Program-made: the position numbers and the translations under genes
The notes under the pieces: model-generated
The model's input: the letters and a program-made list of their open reading frames with translations, nothing else
The model's database searches: none
What the model was told of the DNA's origin: nothing
Source of the DNA: an uncultured Chloroflexia bacterium
GTDB taxonomy: Bacteria; Chloroflexota; Limnocylindria; Limnocylindrales; CSP1-4
Length of the DNA: 64,000 nt
Assembly (NCBI GenBank): GCA_963766735.1
Contig: CAVYBU010000007.1
Location: 32,001 to 96,000, forward strand
Direction: 5' to 3'
Part shown: positions 63,890-64,000 of the stretch, piece by piece
How the letters are laid out: each line of letters starts with the position of its first letter
Position numbering within the stretch: the stretch's first letter is position 1

Positions 63890-64000
63890 TCAGGCGGAGC
63901 CGGAACGACCATGGCGGGCGCGGAGGACGTCCAGAACCGCCCGGGGCTCCAGGTCCCGCTCGGCCAGGAGCACGAGCGCGTGGTAGAGGAGATCGCCGGC
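63890..64000 (-). CDS. hisE: C-terminus of phosphoribosyl-ATP diphosphatase (HisE or bifunctional HisIE), truncated by window edge
   Basis: Manual translation AGDLLYHALVLLAERDLEPRAVLDVLRARH..stop. Confidence 0.8.
   Translation of the reverse strand, partial: AGDLLYHALVLLAERDLEPRAVLDVLRARHGRSGSA

Overview
High-GC bacterial chromosomal segment; gene style and order suggest a Chloroflexota lineage, possibly Limnocylindria-like (inference only). The left ~37 kb is accessory or metabolic. It holds a STAND ATPase-TPR protein, a B12-radical SAM/GNAT/amino-acid permease operon, an ECF sigma with a WD40 anti-sigma candidate, lipoproteins, gene fragments, a frameshifted 5'-nucleotidase, a UvrA-like protein, an atypical P-type ATPase next to ppk2, a fused 2Fe-2S/Mo oxidoreductase, ettA, and a DUF2252 plus holin-phosphodiesterase pair. 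The right ~27 kb is mostly core. It holds a GT2 fused to a CysRS-C-terminal-like domain followed by a rod-shaped ncRNA candidate, an OppA/peptidase/DUF881 operon, tRNA-Val(GAC), T-box-thrS, infC-rpmI-rplT, pheST, cvpA-mpg-mutS2, a class A PBP, tyrS and the end of hisE/hisIE. Single-base indels in thrS, the infC tail and the PBP suggest sequencing error. The top leads are a P2A-like ATPase that lacks all canonical acidic cation ligands and sits beside ppk2, and the GT2 fusion with its adjacent structured RNA. All family calls come from motif recognition by eye; no searches were run.
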